From contig CAVWHX010000011.1 in NCBI GenBank assembly GCA_963754925.1, positions 128,001 through 192,000 on the forward strand: a stretch of 64,000 nt of DNA, given 5' to 3'. Shown piece after piece: positions 1-9,826 of this stretch; position 1 is the first letter of the stretch, and every line of letters starts with the position of its first letter. A program made the position numbers and the translations under genes. The stretch is from an uncultured delta proteobacterium (lineage in GTDB: Bacteria > Myxococcota > B64-G9). Under the pieces are notes generated by a model, which was given only the letters and a program-made list of their open reading frames with translations, made no database searches and was not told where the DNA came from.

Positions 1-19
1 GGTTCAGACGAAACCGTCC

Positions 20-571
20 TTGGCGGCCACCTATCAATGGGTCGATACAGCAGGAACCGTTCACTTTACCGACAATCCCGAGGAACTGCCCGAGCCCTAT
101 CGCAGCAAAGCGCTCAACGAGTTGATCGAAAAGCGGAAGCACGATGCGCAAACACCTCAGCCGACCGACGGCTCTGGGGCATTACCGGATGTTTCGAGTG
201 AAAAACTCCCGTTAGCTCCGAAGGAAATTCCACCAATCACCGCGCCTGATTCATCCGACGCGCCGTATTATAGCACAAGCCCGGAGAGCGACCCCGCAGC
301 GAAAAAGAAACTTTGGAAAGAAAAAGCCCATCAGGCGCAGAAGCAGGTGACTGATTTGATCAGCCTCTGTGATGCCCTACGCCTTCAACTCGGCGAGGCC
401 GTCAACACCAAAGCGATCTTTAGCCGGCCCGGTGACATCGCGCGGGCGGAGAAAACCGACGAAGATTTGAAACGCTGTGAGCACGACCTAGAACGAGCCC
501 GCCGATATCTGGAAGAGGGTCTTCCCGATGAAGCCCGTCGCAACGGTATCCCCCCGGGGTGGCTGCGGTAG
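20..571 (+). CDS. DUF4124-type exported protein (true start may lie upstream of the window)
   Basis: N-terminal YQWVDTAGTVHFTDNP motif typical of DUF4124, Pro-rich linker, C-terminal coiled coil. Confidence 0.75.
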   Translation: MAATYQWVDTAGTVHFTDNPEELPEPYRSKALNELIEKRKHDAQTPQPTDGSGALPDVSSEKLPLAPKEIPPITAPDSSDAPYYSTSPESDPAAKKKLWKEKAHQAQKQVTDLISLCDALRLQLGEAVNTKAIFSRPGDIARAEKTDEDLKRCEHDLERARRYLEEGLPDEARRNGIPPGWLR

Positions 572-597
572 TCGCTCATATCAGGAGCATCGCCTAC

Positions 598-1782
598 TTG
601 TTTGTCACTATCATCATCCTTGTCGCCATGCTCTGTTTCGGAGTCGTGGAGTATCAAAAACACCTTCGTAATCTTAATAAAATACCGATCCGTATTCACG
701 TCAACGGCACCCGCGGCAAATCATCGGTCACCCGCCTCATAGCAGCGGGCCTGCGCGCAGGCGGTATCGCCACCTGCGCAAAAACCACCGGCACCAGCCC
801 GCAGATGATTCTTGAAGACGGCAGTGAATACACCATTCAACGTCAGGGCCGGGGCAACATCCTTGAGCAAACCCGCACCATAGCGCTGGCGGTGCGGCGC
901 CGCGTTCGGGCCGTGGTTATCGAGTGCATGGCAATTAATCCAATCTATCAAAACCTGAGCGAACAAAAGATGGTGCGTTCTTCAATCGGAGTCATTACCA
1001 ATGTGCGCGCCGACCATTTGGACATCATGGGACCCACGACCATGGATGTAGCCAAGGCCCTTGCCGGCACCGTGCCGCGCGAATCGATTCTGGTGACGGC
1101 CGAAACTGACCCCGTTTTATTGGCAGTGCTCAAAAACGCTGCCGCGCTTGAAAAAACTCGCGTGATAACCACCACGCCAGAGACAGAAGGAATCACTGCA
1201 GAAATCATGGGTGGTTTCAGTTACCTTGAGCACCCCGAAAATGTCGCCCTGAGCCTGAGGGTCTGTCAGACGGTCGGCGTGGGGCGTGACCGTGCTCTCC
1301 AGGGCATGTGGGCGGCCAAGCCTGACAGCGGCGTCCTGCGCGTTCACCACCTGGCTTTCTACGATAAGCGCATTGACTTTGTAAACGCTTTCGCGGCCAA
1401 TGATCCTGATTCCACCACAGCCATTTGGAAGTTAATCTTCGACCAATCCCCGAACAACCAGCAACGCGTTGCGTTGATCAACTGCCGCGACGATAGGGTG
1501 CAGCGCAGTATTCAGTTGGGCGAGATGCTCCCGCGCTTGCCGCAGCTGCATCGAGCCATTGTTGCGGGCCGGGGAACCCACATAACCTTCAACGCAGCGC
1601 TCGAGCATGGCCTCCATCCCGAACAGTTGATCGTTATGGAAAATCCCCGGCCCGAGGAGGTGTTCGAGCGCTGTTTGGCCCAAATTACCAAAGATGGCTG
1701 CGTGGTTGGGATGGGCAATATCGTGGGTTTAGGAAATGCTATCGTTGAATACTTTAACAACCGGGCGGTGGTCTCTCGGTAA
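598..1782 (+). CDS. capB: Poly-gamma-glutamate synthase ATPase/ligase subunit CapB/PgsB
   Basis: N-terminal TM, IHVNGTRGKSSVTRL P-loop, AKTTG, IECMA, TNVRADHLDIMGP, NAFAAND; AGGAG at 583-587 favours TTG start at 598 (ORF open from 559). Confidence 0.95.
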   Translation: MFVTIIILVAMLCFGVVEYQKHLRNLNKIPIRIHVNGTRGKSSVTRLIAAGLRAGGIATCAKTTGTSPQMILEDGSEYTIQRQGRGNILEQTRTIALAVRRRVRAVVIECMAINPIYQNLSEQKMVRSSIGVITNVRADHLDIMGPTTMDVAKALAGTVPRESILVTAETDPVLLAVLKNAAALEKTRVITTTPETEGITAEIMGGFSYLEHPENVALSLRVCQTVGVGRDRALQGMWAAKPDSGVLRVHHLAFYDKRIDFVNAFAANDPDSTTAIWKLIFDQSPNNQQRVALINCRDDRVQRSIQLGEMLPRLPQLHRAIVAGRGTHITFNAALEHGLHPEQLIVMENPRPEEVFERCLAQITKDGCVVGMGNIVGLGNAIVEYFNNRAVVSR

Positions 1783-1803
1783 CGCGGCACCGGGGGTGTA
1801 CGA

Positions 1804-2268
1804 GTGGAAAACCTGATTGCAAACGCCATCGGCATTGGTCTCGTAGTAAGCCTTATTTTTTCTGAAACCATCGGCCTGGCTGCCGGCGGCATGGTCGTGC
1901 CCGGCTATTTCGCCCTCAACCTGCATCACCCCCTACGGGTGGTCATGACCCTGGTGTTGGGCTTGGCTACCTGTGTCGCCGTGCGTTTGATGAGCAATGT
2001 CGTCATCCTCTTCGGACGCCGACGCACGGTGGTCATCATTCTGGTGGGTTTCGCGCTGGGAGCGATCTCCCGCACATTCTTAGCGTTTGACCGCGCCGGA
2101 GAGACTTTCGAACTTGTGGCGATTGGATTTATTATCCCTGGTCTCGTCGGGTTGTGGATGGACCGTCAGGGTGTTGTTGAGACTATTACCACGCTGCTTA
2201 CCTCGGCGGTGTTGGTGAAGTTGGTATTGATTCTCATTTACGGCGGGGAGGCGCGAGAATGGCTTTGA
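1804..2268 (+). CDS. capC: Poly-gamma-glutamate biosynthesis membrane protein CapC/PgsC
   Basis: SLIFSETIGLAAGGMVVPGY, LFGRRR, IGFIIPGL motifs; directly follows capB. Confidence 0.95.
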   Translation: MENLIANAIGIGLVVSLIFSETIGLAAGGMVVPGYFALNLHHPLRVVMTLVLGLATCVAVRLMSNVVILFGRRRTVVIILVGFALGAISRTFLAFDRAGETFELVAIGFIIPGLVGLWMDRQGVVETITTLLTSAVLVKLVLILIYGGEAREWL

Positions 2269-3446
2269 TGTGGCGGCCCGGTAAGGCTTCGCGGAGCGCC
2301 CTCATCCTGGTGGCGGGCATAGCGGTGCTCGGCTATGTGCTGGTGGAAGCGCTCCCCAAGAAAAACCTCAAGCCATACTACCGCGAGAAAATGCGCGCTG
2401 CCGAGACCATGGCCCAGGGAATGGACGTCATTCGTCAGCAGCGCATCGCGGTTTTTGGGCGTATCGACCAGGAACATGACCCCAATGCCACCGGACTGAT
2501 CGGCTCGTTTCTGACCTCGATCACCTCAAACACCGGCAACCTCTCGGCCAAGCAACTGGCAGCCAACCCAAACTTCGCTGCAGTACTGGTGAACATGTAC
2601 AAGCGAGTCGGGCTCAAGGAAGGCGATGTGGTGGCGCTGGCGTTTTCCGGATCCTTCCCGGCTCTCAACCTCGCCGCTCTGGTGGCGGCTGAGACGCTCA
2701 AACTCAAGCCGATTGCTATTAGCTCGATTTCGGCCTCAAACTGGGGGGCAACCGATCCTGAACTGACCTGGTTGGATATGGAACGGATTCTGTTCGAGAA
2801 GAACATCATTCGTCACCGATCGGTGGCCGTCTCGATGGGCGGCGCGGAGGATCGCGGTATGGGCCTTCCACCTGAAGGGGTGCGCACCCTGCGTGAAGCC
2901 ATCAGACGTTACAACCAGGCTATGAAACAAGACCAAAGCACCGAGGTAGAACTCATTGATCCTCCCAACCTAACATCCTCGTTCGATCTGCGCATGAACA
3001 TCTATCAGGAACACGCCGGGGATAAACCAATCAGTTGTTACGTCAATGTTGGCGGCGGGATCGGCAGTGTCGGTAATAACGTTATCAAAAAGGCCTTCGC
3101 CCCAGGCATCAATTTTTCAACTCCCCACGCCGGTCGACTGCCCGACTCGGTTTTGACACGAATGAGCCACAAGGGAATCCCGATCATTCATCTCATTCAA
3201 GCAGAAAAACTCGCGCGGGAAAACGGCTTACCGATCAAAGTTGATCGCCCTCCCCGTATTGGGGAAGGCGGCATCTTCGTCGCGTTGGGGTACAATATTA
3301 TCCTCGTGGTAGGGGTAATAATCGGTCTTATCGGCGTTATCTTCGTTGTATTACGAATAGATTACCGTCATTACTTCCTGCGGCTGCGCAATAATCTCGA
3401 TAGCAAAGAAGAGAAGAAATCCTCCTCTAATCCCCTTCGGGGATAA
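2259..3446 (+). CDS. pgsW: Poly-gamma-glutamate system protein (PgsW type)
   Basis: DPNATGLIG, ITSNTGNLSAK, SGSFPALN, ASNWGA, YVNVGGG motifs; N- and C-terminal TMs; overlaps the end of capC. Confidence 0.85.
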   Translation: MALMWRPGKASRSALILVAGIAVLGYVLVEALPKKNLKPYYREKMRAAETMAQGMDVIRQQRIAVFGRIDQEHDPNATGLIGSFLTSITSNTGNLSAKQLAANPNFAAVLVNMYKRVGLKEGDVVALAFSGSFPALNLAALVAAETLKLKPIAISSISASNWGATDPELTWLDMERILFEKNIIRHRSVAVSMGGAEDRGMGLPPEGVRTLREAIRRYNQAMKQDQSTEVELIDPPNLTSSFDLRMNIYQEHAGDKPISCYVNVGGGIGSVGNNVIKKAFAPGINFSTPHAGRLPDSVLTRMSHKGIPIIHLIQAEKLARENGLPIKVDRPPRIGEGGIFVALGYNIILVVGVIIGLIGVIFVVLRIDYRHYFLRLRNNLDSKEEKKSSSNPLRG

Positions 3447-3483
3447 GAGCCCGTAAGCTCACTTCGTTCGCTAACGGGCTCTA
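3431..3483 (+). repeat. Small two-hairpin palindromic element (family A, copy 1); probably also a bidirectional terminator
   Basis: tcccc-ttcg-gggata followed by agagcccgt...acgggctct; near-identical to 26437-26489 and 39987-40039; lies between convergent genes. Confidence 0.9.
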
Positions 3484-3969
3484 AAGATTCTTAAGTAAAA
3501 ATCTCCTCAGCAGCTCCTCGTCTGACGGTCCATCATTGCTTTCTTTTTCGTTGATCGATGGGGTGCCGGCCTTCTCCGAGCCGGAAGGATCGTGGGGGGC
3601 ACGTTGTGGCGCCTCCGCTGCCTGAGCCGGGGGCGGTTTGCGAACTTCCAAAAGAATCGGGGGCGCCGTATCCTTGAGCATCACCTCGCCAATGAACCCC
3701 TCTTGAACTTTATAGGCCGAATCCTGAAAGATTACCGAGTCGTGGCACCGCTCAGCCTTCAACAGGGCAAGTTGATCGACTGTCTTCACCTTGCCGACGA
3801 GCCGCGCGGCATCTTCTCCTTCCTCTATGTTGAGAAACCGTACCGCTTCCTGCAGCCGAAATTGCCGCCTATCCGACTTAATAGTCATGATATTGTCGAC
3901 AAAGGTTATTTTTTCCTGATCGAGCCAGGCCGCGATCGTTTGCTGGGCAATGAATACATACTCCGTCAT
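3481..3969 (-). CDS. Hypothetical protein (deltaproteobacterial/Myxococcota type)
   Basis: 162-aa ORF with a globular N-terminal part, Pro-rich linker and C-terminal DEELLRRFLLKNL helix. Confidence 0.7.
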   Translation of the reverse strand: MTEYVFIAQQTIAAWLDQEKITFVDNIMTIKSDRRQFRLQEAVRFLNIEEGEDAARLVGKVKTVDQLALLKAERCHDSVIFQDSAYKVQEGFIGEVMLKDTAPPILLEVRKPPPAQAAEAPQRAPHDPSGSEKAGTPSINEKESNDGPSDEELLRRFLLKNL

Positions 3970-4056
3970 CCACCCGAAACCTTTTAATGGTTAGTATCTT
4001 CTCTGCAAAAAGTTACACTGCCACGACCGTTCCGTCAAGTTCATCAAACCGCCGGC

Positions 4057-4117
4057 AGTGGGTCATTTTGTCAAAGGCTCTGGGTGTTCGTCGAACGACA
4101 CGGCAACCCGACCCACT
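4057..4117. repeat. Short inverted-repeat element; the empty outer shell of the composite repeats at 26.3 and 39.9 kb
   Basis: agtgggtc...gacccact arms; internal gggtgttcgtcgaacgacacggcaa matches 26327-26351. Confidence 0.75.
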
Positions 4118-4173
4118 CTCGGCGGCCGAGTGTGGCCTTTTGTTAGCCGTTTGATTGCCTGATCAGGAAGAGT

Positions 4174-5796
4174 ATGATATTTTCTTTTGTTGTCGGTAAT
4201 AATTATCACAGGTCGATGATGATCGATCCACTGCCTTTCCAGAAGTGTCTGCCGAAAAGCTGCGGCCCCGGAGATCTCACGCCGACGGTGCTCGCGGAAC
4301 GCTATCGCCAGTTCTTCGAAAACGCTCCGTTGGGGTTGATAGTGATTGATCGCGATCGACGCGTAACCGAATACAATCCCTATATATGCCAGATGTTCAA
4401 TATAGACCGCGAGACATTTATTGGGGTGCGGCTCTTCGACAACATGGCCAACCGTGCCGCAGCAGACGCCATAGACCAGGCCCTCGTCGGCGCTACCGGC
4501 GTTTTTGAGGGCGAGTACCAGATCTCTGAGCAACAGGGCGCTCTGCGGGCGCTGGTTAAACCGTTGATCGATGCAAACGGTTCGATAAGCGGATGCCTAT
4601 GCTTTATTGATGACATCCGGGCCCGCTTAGAGATGGAGAAACAAAACCGTCAGATACAAAAACTCGAGGCAATCGGCACCCTGGCAGGGGGGATTGCCCA
4701 TGAATTCAACAACATTCTCGGCGTTATTTTAGGATACGCCGATATGACCCGTGACGATCTCGCTAAGGACAGCTTAGCGCATCGAAATCTCGACGAGATC
4801 ATGCAGGCGGGTGACCGAGCGAAGGAATTGATACAGCAAATCATGGCCTTTAGCCGTCAAACCGAGCAGAAACGCCATCCGCTTCAACTGCACCTGATCG
4901 TCAAGGAAGTAGTGAAGTTTCTACGTTCCTCCCTTCCCGCCACCATCATCATCAAGACCGACATACGGCCAGACACCGGCGCGGTTCTGGCAGATCCATC
5001 GCAGATCCACCAAGTGTTGATGAACCTCTGCACCAACGCCTATCAAGCAATGAAACCAAGCGGCGGAGAAATGGCGATCGGCCTCAAAAACATCCAGGTC
5101 GATCAGGAGCAAACACGTCAGGTGAACGGCCTCACGGTGGGACCGTACGTTAAATTGACGGTACGAGATACCGGCCATGGAATAGATCCCCAGATCATCC
5201 CCCGCATATTTGATCCGTTCTTCACCACCCGATCGGTTGGTGAGGGAACCGGCATGGGCTTAGCCATGGTTCACGGGATCGTGAGCACCCATGGCGGCGC
5301 CATCAATGTTTCGAGCACCATCGGGCAGGGCAGCGTGTTTGAGATCTTTCTTCCGATCGTTGAGCCGGCGCCACCGCGTCCGCCGGAAACCGATCGCGCT
5401 CCGGCGACCGGAACCGAACGGATCTTGCTCGTTGACGATGACGCAGCGGTGCTCCGTATAGACGAAATAATGCTGCAGCATCTCGGCTACCAGGTCAGCG
5501 CCTTCAGCGGCGGCCATGAAGCGCTCGTGGCCTTTCTCGCCAACCCCGAGGCGTTTGATTTGGTGATCACCGATCAGATCATGCCCCACCTCACCGGCAT
5601 TGAACTGGCCAAACAAATCGCGCGGGTACGGACGAACCTGCCCATTATTCTCATCACCGGCTTTTCGGAGTCGGTCCTGCCACAGGAGGAGCAGCCATCG
5701 GGTATCATCGCGTACCTTCAAAAACCGGTCCTGAGTAAGGAACTAGCGCACGTCATTCGGCAGGTGTTGGATCGATCGTATGAAAAGAAAGGTTAG
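4174..5796 (+). CDS. Hybrid sensor histidine kinase (PAS-HisKA-HATPase-REC)
   Basis: LAGGIAHEFNN H-box, NLCTNA, DTGHG, FDPFFTT, GTGMGL, C-terminal receiver ILLVDDD...DQIMP...KP; exact start uncertain. Confidence 0.95.
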   Translation: MIFSFVVGNNYHRSMMIDPLPFQKCLPKSCGPGDLTPTVLAERYRQFFENAPLGLIVIDRDRRVTEYNPYICQMFNIDRETFIGVRLFDNMANRAAADAIDQALVGATGVFEGEYQISEQQGALRALVKPLIDANGSISGCLCFIDDIRARLEMEKQNRQIQKLEAIGTLAGGIAHEFNNILGVILGYADMTRDDLAKDSLAHRNLDEIMQAGDRAKELIQQIMAFSRQTEQKRHPLQLHLIVKEVVKFLRSSLPATIIIKTDIRPDTGAVLADPSQIHQVLMNLCTNAYQAMKPSGGEMAIGLKNIQVDQEQTRQVNGLTVGPYVKLTVRDTGHGIDPQIIPRIFDPFFTTRSVGEGTGMGLAMVHGIVSTHGGAINVSSTIGQGSVFEIFLPIVEPAPPRPPETDRAPATGTERILLVDDDAAVLRIDEIMLQHLGYQVSAFSGGHEALVAFLANPEAFDLVITDQIMPHLTGIELAKQIARVRTNLPIILITGFSESVLPQEEQPSGIIAYLQKPVLSKELAHVIRQVLDRSYEKKG

Positions 5797-5802
5797 CTCT
5801 CA

Positions 5803-6192
5803 ATGTCGCACATCCTGGTCATTGAAGATGATCAACAAATGCGGGAGATGTTGAAGCAAATGCTGCAACGAGCTGGATACAACGCTATTGGAGCCGGTGA
5901 TGGCCGCGAAGGAATGCAAATCGTTCGGGAACAGGCCATCGATCTCATCATCACGGACATCATCATGCCCGATCAAGAAGGCCTCGAAACCATCATGCAG
6001 GTTCGCCGCGAGTATCCGAATATCCCGGTGATCGCCATATCTGGAGGCGGGCGCGTGGAACCGGAAAACTACCTCCACAGCGCCAAGCTGCTGGGAGCAG
6101 CCCACACCTTTGCCAAACCGCTGAACCGCGACGAGGTCCTGCGCGTCGTGTCACAGCTGCTCGTGCGCTGCCGCCCGTCAGGGGAAACGTGA
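5803..6192 (+). CDS. Single-domain response regulator
   Basis: ILVIEDD, TDIIMP, AISGG, KP. Confidence 0.93.
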   Translation: MSHILVIEDDQQMREMLKQMLQRAGYNAIGAGDGREGMQIVREQAIDLIITDIIMPDQEGLETIMQVRREYPNIPVIAISGGGRVEPENYLHSAKLLGAAHTFAKPLNRDEVLRVVSQLLVRCRPSGET

Positions 6193-6310
6193 ATTAATGG
6201 TTTCCAATCGAATAACTCTTGCATCCGGGCTTGAAGCGCGCTTTAACTAACCGGCGGAGGACGCAGCGTTCTCAATGGATCAACGATCACGAATCACACG
6301 GAGGAAATAA

Positions 6311-6640
6311 ATGGCGGGTCATGGCGTTTTTGAGATCGGCGACGAGACCTTCGACCGGGAAATCGTAGCAAGCCACCTGCCGACCTTGGTGGATTTCTAC
6401 GGCCAAACCTGCGGGCCGTGTAAGGCAATCGAACCGCTCCTCGAGAATCTCGCCACTACCTATCGGGGCCGTCTGCGCGTGGCGAAGGTAAACGTCAACG
6501 CCAGCCCCCAGGCAGCCACGCGTTTTATGGTCAAGTCGTTGCCCACCTTGCTGCTGTTTCGGGGCGGCAAGGTGCTCGATCAGTTCATCAGTCAACCGAG
6601 CTTGCCGGCGCTCAATAAATTTGTCCAGCGAGTGCTGTAA
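6311..6640 (+). CDS. Thioredoxin
   Basis: VDFYGQTCGPCK active site, cis-Pro SLPTL; GGAGG RBS. Confidence 0.9.
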   Translation: MAGHGVFEIGDETFDREIVASHLPTLVDFYGQTCGPCKAIEPLLENLATTYRGRLRVAKVNVNASPQAATRFMVKSLPTLLLFRGGKVLDQFISQPSLPALNKFVQRVL

Positions 6641-6683
6641 GAACACGCACTCGTCCCGGTACGCCACCCCGGCGTAGATACCA

Positions 6684-7841
6684 ATGCGATCATGCGTTTT
6701 CGTCTACTCGCCTGAGCTCGATACCTACGCATATCCAACAGACTGCCCCTTCAGTTCACAACGGGCTGGACGCGCCCGCAAAATAGCTGCGGGGCTGGAT
6801 CTGTTATCGGGCCCGAACATCCGAGAAATTCCCCCGCCGATGGCCGTCCGCGACGAGGTAACAAAACTCCACAGCGATCGCTACCTGCGCGCTCTCGAGC
6901 GAGCACAAGCTGGAGAATTTCTTCCCGAGTGGCTTGGGTTTGGGCTGGGCACCCCCGAGACGCCGCTCTTTCGAGGGATGTACGACTACGCCATGTTGGC
7001 CTGCGGCGGCAGTCTACTGGGAGCACGTCTGATTCTTTCCGGATCGGCGGAGGTGGTCTTCAATCCCTCCGGGGGCTATCATCATGCCCACGCTGAGCTT
7101 GCAGAGGGCTTTTGTTACATCAACGACGTGGCGCTCGCCTGCCAGACGCTGGCCGAAGCGGGCAAGCGGGTGCTGTATCTCGATGTTGATGTCCATCACG
7201 GCGACGGCGTCCAGCAATTTTTCTACCAGCGGCGCGACGTTCTCACCCTCTCGATCCATGAAAGCGGCCGGACGCTGTTTCCGTTCACCGGCTTCGAGCA
7301 TGAGCTTGGCGAGGGCGACGGGCGGGGCTATTGCATCAATGTCCCGTTGCCGGCGGGAACCTACGATGACGCCTACTTGAAAGTTTATTACGCCGTGGTG
7401 GCCCCGGTTCTGCAGCAGTTTGATCCGGATGTCATCGTGCTCGAACTGGGCATGGACGCCCTGGCAAACGATCCGCTCGCCCACTTGAAGTTAACCAACA
7501 ACACGTTTGCCGAGATCGTAAGCCACCTCCTCATGACCAATAAACCGATTCTGGCCGCCGGCGGGGGTGGCTACCAGATCGAGCGCACCGCCCGCGGTTG
7601 GGCGCTGTGTTGGAGTATCTTATGCGGAGCCGATGACGGCAGTCATCTCCTCACCGCGGGGCTTGGCGGCGTGATGCTGCAGTCTTCCGAGTGGCGCGGG
7701 GGGCTGCGCGATCATGCTGGTTGGGTTCCCGAAGAAGACCGCCGCACCGTGGATGCTGAAATTGACCGCGTGTTAGCCAACCTGAAGACTCAGTTGGCGC
7801 CCTTTTTCACGCTGTCGGCCTTAACCTCCCCTCACGCGTGA
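6684..7841 (+). CDS. acuC: Histone-deacetylase-family protein (AcuC-like)
   Basis: GGYHHA, GFCYIND, DVDVHHGDG, SIHESG, GMDALANDPL, GGGGY. Confidence 0.9.
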   Translation: MRSCVFVYSPELDTYAYPTDCPFSSQRAGRARKIAAGLDLLSGPNIREIPPPMAVRDEVTKLHSDRYLRALERAQAGEFLPEWLGFGLGTPETPLFRGMYDYAMLACGGSLLGARLILSGSAEVVFNPSGGYHHAHAELAEGFCYINDVALACQTLAEAGKRVLYLDVDVHHGDGVQQFFYQRRDVLTLSIHESGRTLFPFTGFEHELGEGDGRGYCINVPLPAGTYDDAYLKVYYAVVAPVLQQFDPDVIVLELGMDALANDPLAHLKLTNNTFAEIVSHLLMTNKPILAAGGGGYQIERTARGWALCWSILCGADDGSHLLTAGLGGVMLQSSEWRGGLRDHAGWVPEEDRRTVDAEIDRVLANLKTQLAPFFTLSALTSPHA

Positions 7842-7850
7842 GACCGGAGT

Positions 7851-9659
7851 CTAGGATTTGGCTTCGCCCGGGACGGTTCGCTTGATGAACAGCTCTTGCA
7901 ACTGTTGATCCGCTACCGTCGAGGGAGCGCCGGTCAGCAAACACTGGCCGCGCTGGGTCTTGGGGAAGGGAATCACGTCCCGAATCGAACTGCCGCCCGT
8001 CAGAAGCATCACCAACCGGTCCAACCCCAATGCCAACCCGCCGTGCGGCGGAGCTCCAAAGGAAAGCGCCTTGAGCAGAAAGCTAAACTTCTGTTCGGCC
8101 TCTTCTTTGCTGATGCCGAGCACCTTGAAGACCCGCGCTTGGAGGTCGGTGTCGTGGATACGGATCGAACCGCCGCCAATTTCAACGCCGTTGAGCACCA
8201 GATCGTACGCCCGGGCGCGGCAACGTAAGGGATCGCTTTCCAGCAACGGCAGGTCGTCCTGATGCGGCGCGGTAAAGGGGTGGTGGCTGGCCACAATCGC
8301 TCCGGTCTCCTCGCTGCGCTCAAACAGCGGAAAGTCGGTCACCCAGAGCAACTCAAACCGTCCCTCGGGAACCAGCTTGAGGTGCTTGGCCAGATGCAAT
8401 CGCAGCCCGCCCAGAACGGTGTGAACCGTGCGGGCCGGCCCAAATTGCAACAGCATCACGCCTCCCGGCGTCGCGTTGGCCGCTCGATTAAACGCCGCGC
8501 GCATCTCGGCCGAAACTTTTTTAGCCATAGGCGTCTGACTCCAGCCTCCGTCCGGTTCAATCCTGGCGCGGGCGAGCCCCTTGCCGCCCAGTTCCTTCAC
8601 CTTGTCCTCGAGCTTGTCGATCTCGGAGCGGGACATCCCGGCCGAGGCCGGTATCACCAAGCACTTGACCACCCCACCGGCGGAGACAGCTTCCCGTATC
8701 ATGCCGATACCGCCGCCATCGAAATTCTTGGCCGCCTCGGTCACATCGCAAAGCTCCAACCCAAAACGCGTATCCGGTTTGTCCGAGCCGAAGCGACGCA
8801 TCGCTTGATCGTACGACATGACGACAAACGGCCGTGTCGGTTCGCTCCCGAGCGCTTCTTTGAAGACCGCGGCAATCACCGACTCCACCACCCCAAAAAT
8901 ATCCTTGGGTTTCACAAAGCTCATCTCCAAATCAACCTGGGTGAACTCAGGCTGCCTATCGCCGCGCAGATCCTCATCACGGAAACAGCGGACAATTTGG
9001 AAGTAGCGATCGTAACCCGCGATCATGAACAACTGTTTAAAAATTTGCGGCGACTCGGCCAGGCCATAGAAGGAACCGGGGCTGAGCCGGCTCGGCACTA
9101 AGAAATTGCGCGATCCGCCCGGCGTACTTTTGATCATAAACGGCGTCTCGAGCTCTAAAAATCCTTCGGCGGAAAACTGCTCGCGAATGCGTTGCGTGAT
9201 GCGGTGGCGCATGATCAGCCGCCGGGTCATCTCGGGCCGGCGCAGATCCAGATAGCGGTAGGTCAGGCGCAGTTCCTCGCGGGCATCCACGCCGTCTTCA
9301 ATTAAAAACGGCGGAATCTCGGAGCGATTGAACACCTGCAACCGGTCTCCTAATACCTCTATTTCGCCGGTGGCAAGCTTGGTATTTTGATTAGCCCCGC
9401 GCGAGCGCACCTGCCCGCTGACGCCGATAACCCATTCCGGCCGCACGTCGCCGGCCAGCCGAAAGGCATCGGGCGCGTGGTTGGGATCAAATATGATTTG
9501 GGTGATGCCCGCTCGGTCGCGCATATCAATGAAAACACAGCCGCCCAGATCGCGGCGGGAGGCCACCCAGCCGAATAAGACCACCTGCTTGCCGACATCG
9601 CCGCCGCGCAGCTCGCCGCAGTTGTGCGTCCGACCAATGTCCTCGATAAACTCCGCCAC
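7851..9659 (-). CDS. aspS: Aspartate-tRNA ligase
   Basis: RTHNCGEL, FIDMRDRAG, CFRDEDLRGDRQPEFTQ, GAPPHGGLALGLDR, VIPFPKT. Confidence 0.98.
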   Translation of the reverse strand: MAEFIEDIGRTHNCGELRGGDVGKQVVLFGWVASRRDLGGCVFIDMRDRAGITQIIFDPNHAPDAFRLAGDVRPEWVIGVSGQVRSRGANQNTKLATGEIEVLGDRLQVFNRSEIPPFLIEDGVDAREELRLTYRYLDLRRPEMTRRLIMRHRITQRIREQFSAEGFLELETPFMIKSTPGGSRNFLVPSRLSPGSFYGLAESPQIFKQLFMIAGYDRYFQIVRCFRDEDLRGDRQPEFTQVDLEMSFVKPKDIFGVVESVIAAVFKEALGSEPTRPFVVMSYDQAMRRFGSDKPDTRFGLELCDVTEAAKNFDGGGIGMIREAVSAGGVVKCLVIPASAGMSRSEIDKLEDKVKELGGKGLARARIEPDGGWSQTPMAKKVSAEMRAAFNRAANATPGGVMLLQFGPARTVHTVLGGLRLHLAKHLKLVPEGRFELLWVTDFPLFERSEETGAIVASHHPFTAPHQDDLPLLESDPLRCRARAYDLVLNGVEIGGGSIRIHDTDLQARVFKVLGISKEEAEQKFSFLLKALSFGAPPHGGLALGLDRLVMLLTGGSSIRDVIPFPKTQRGQCLLTGAPSTVADQQLQELFIKRTVPGEAKS

Positions 9660-9826
9660 GCGTCACGCTCCTTTCGATTGCACCAGCGTACCACTCAGCA
9701 TCAACACATCCCGTTCCCCAAACAAAGCAAAACCTACCTCAGCACGAGCTTCCTGGTCAAACTGCGTGTATTCACCGTCCATTATCCCATGACGAAAAAC
9801 CGACAACCTGATATTATTTCTCTGCT

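Noticed and set aside
8262..9101. Long antisense ORFs (also 13422-14093, 42723-43454, 50897-51637, 59755-60480 and others)
   Set aside because: Shadows of well-supported genes on the opposite strand, with no motifs
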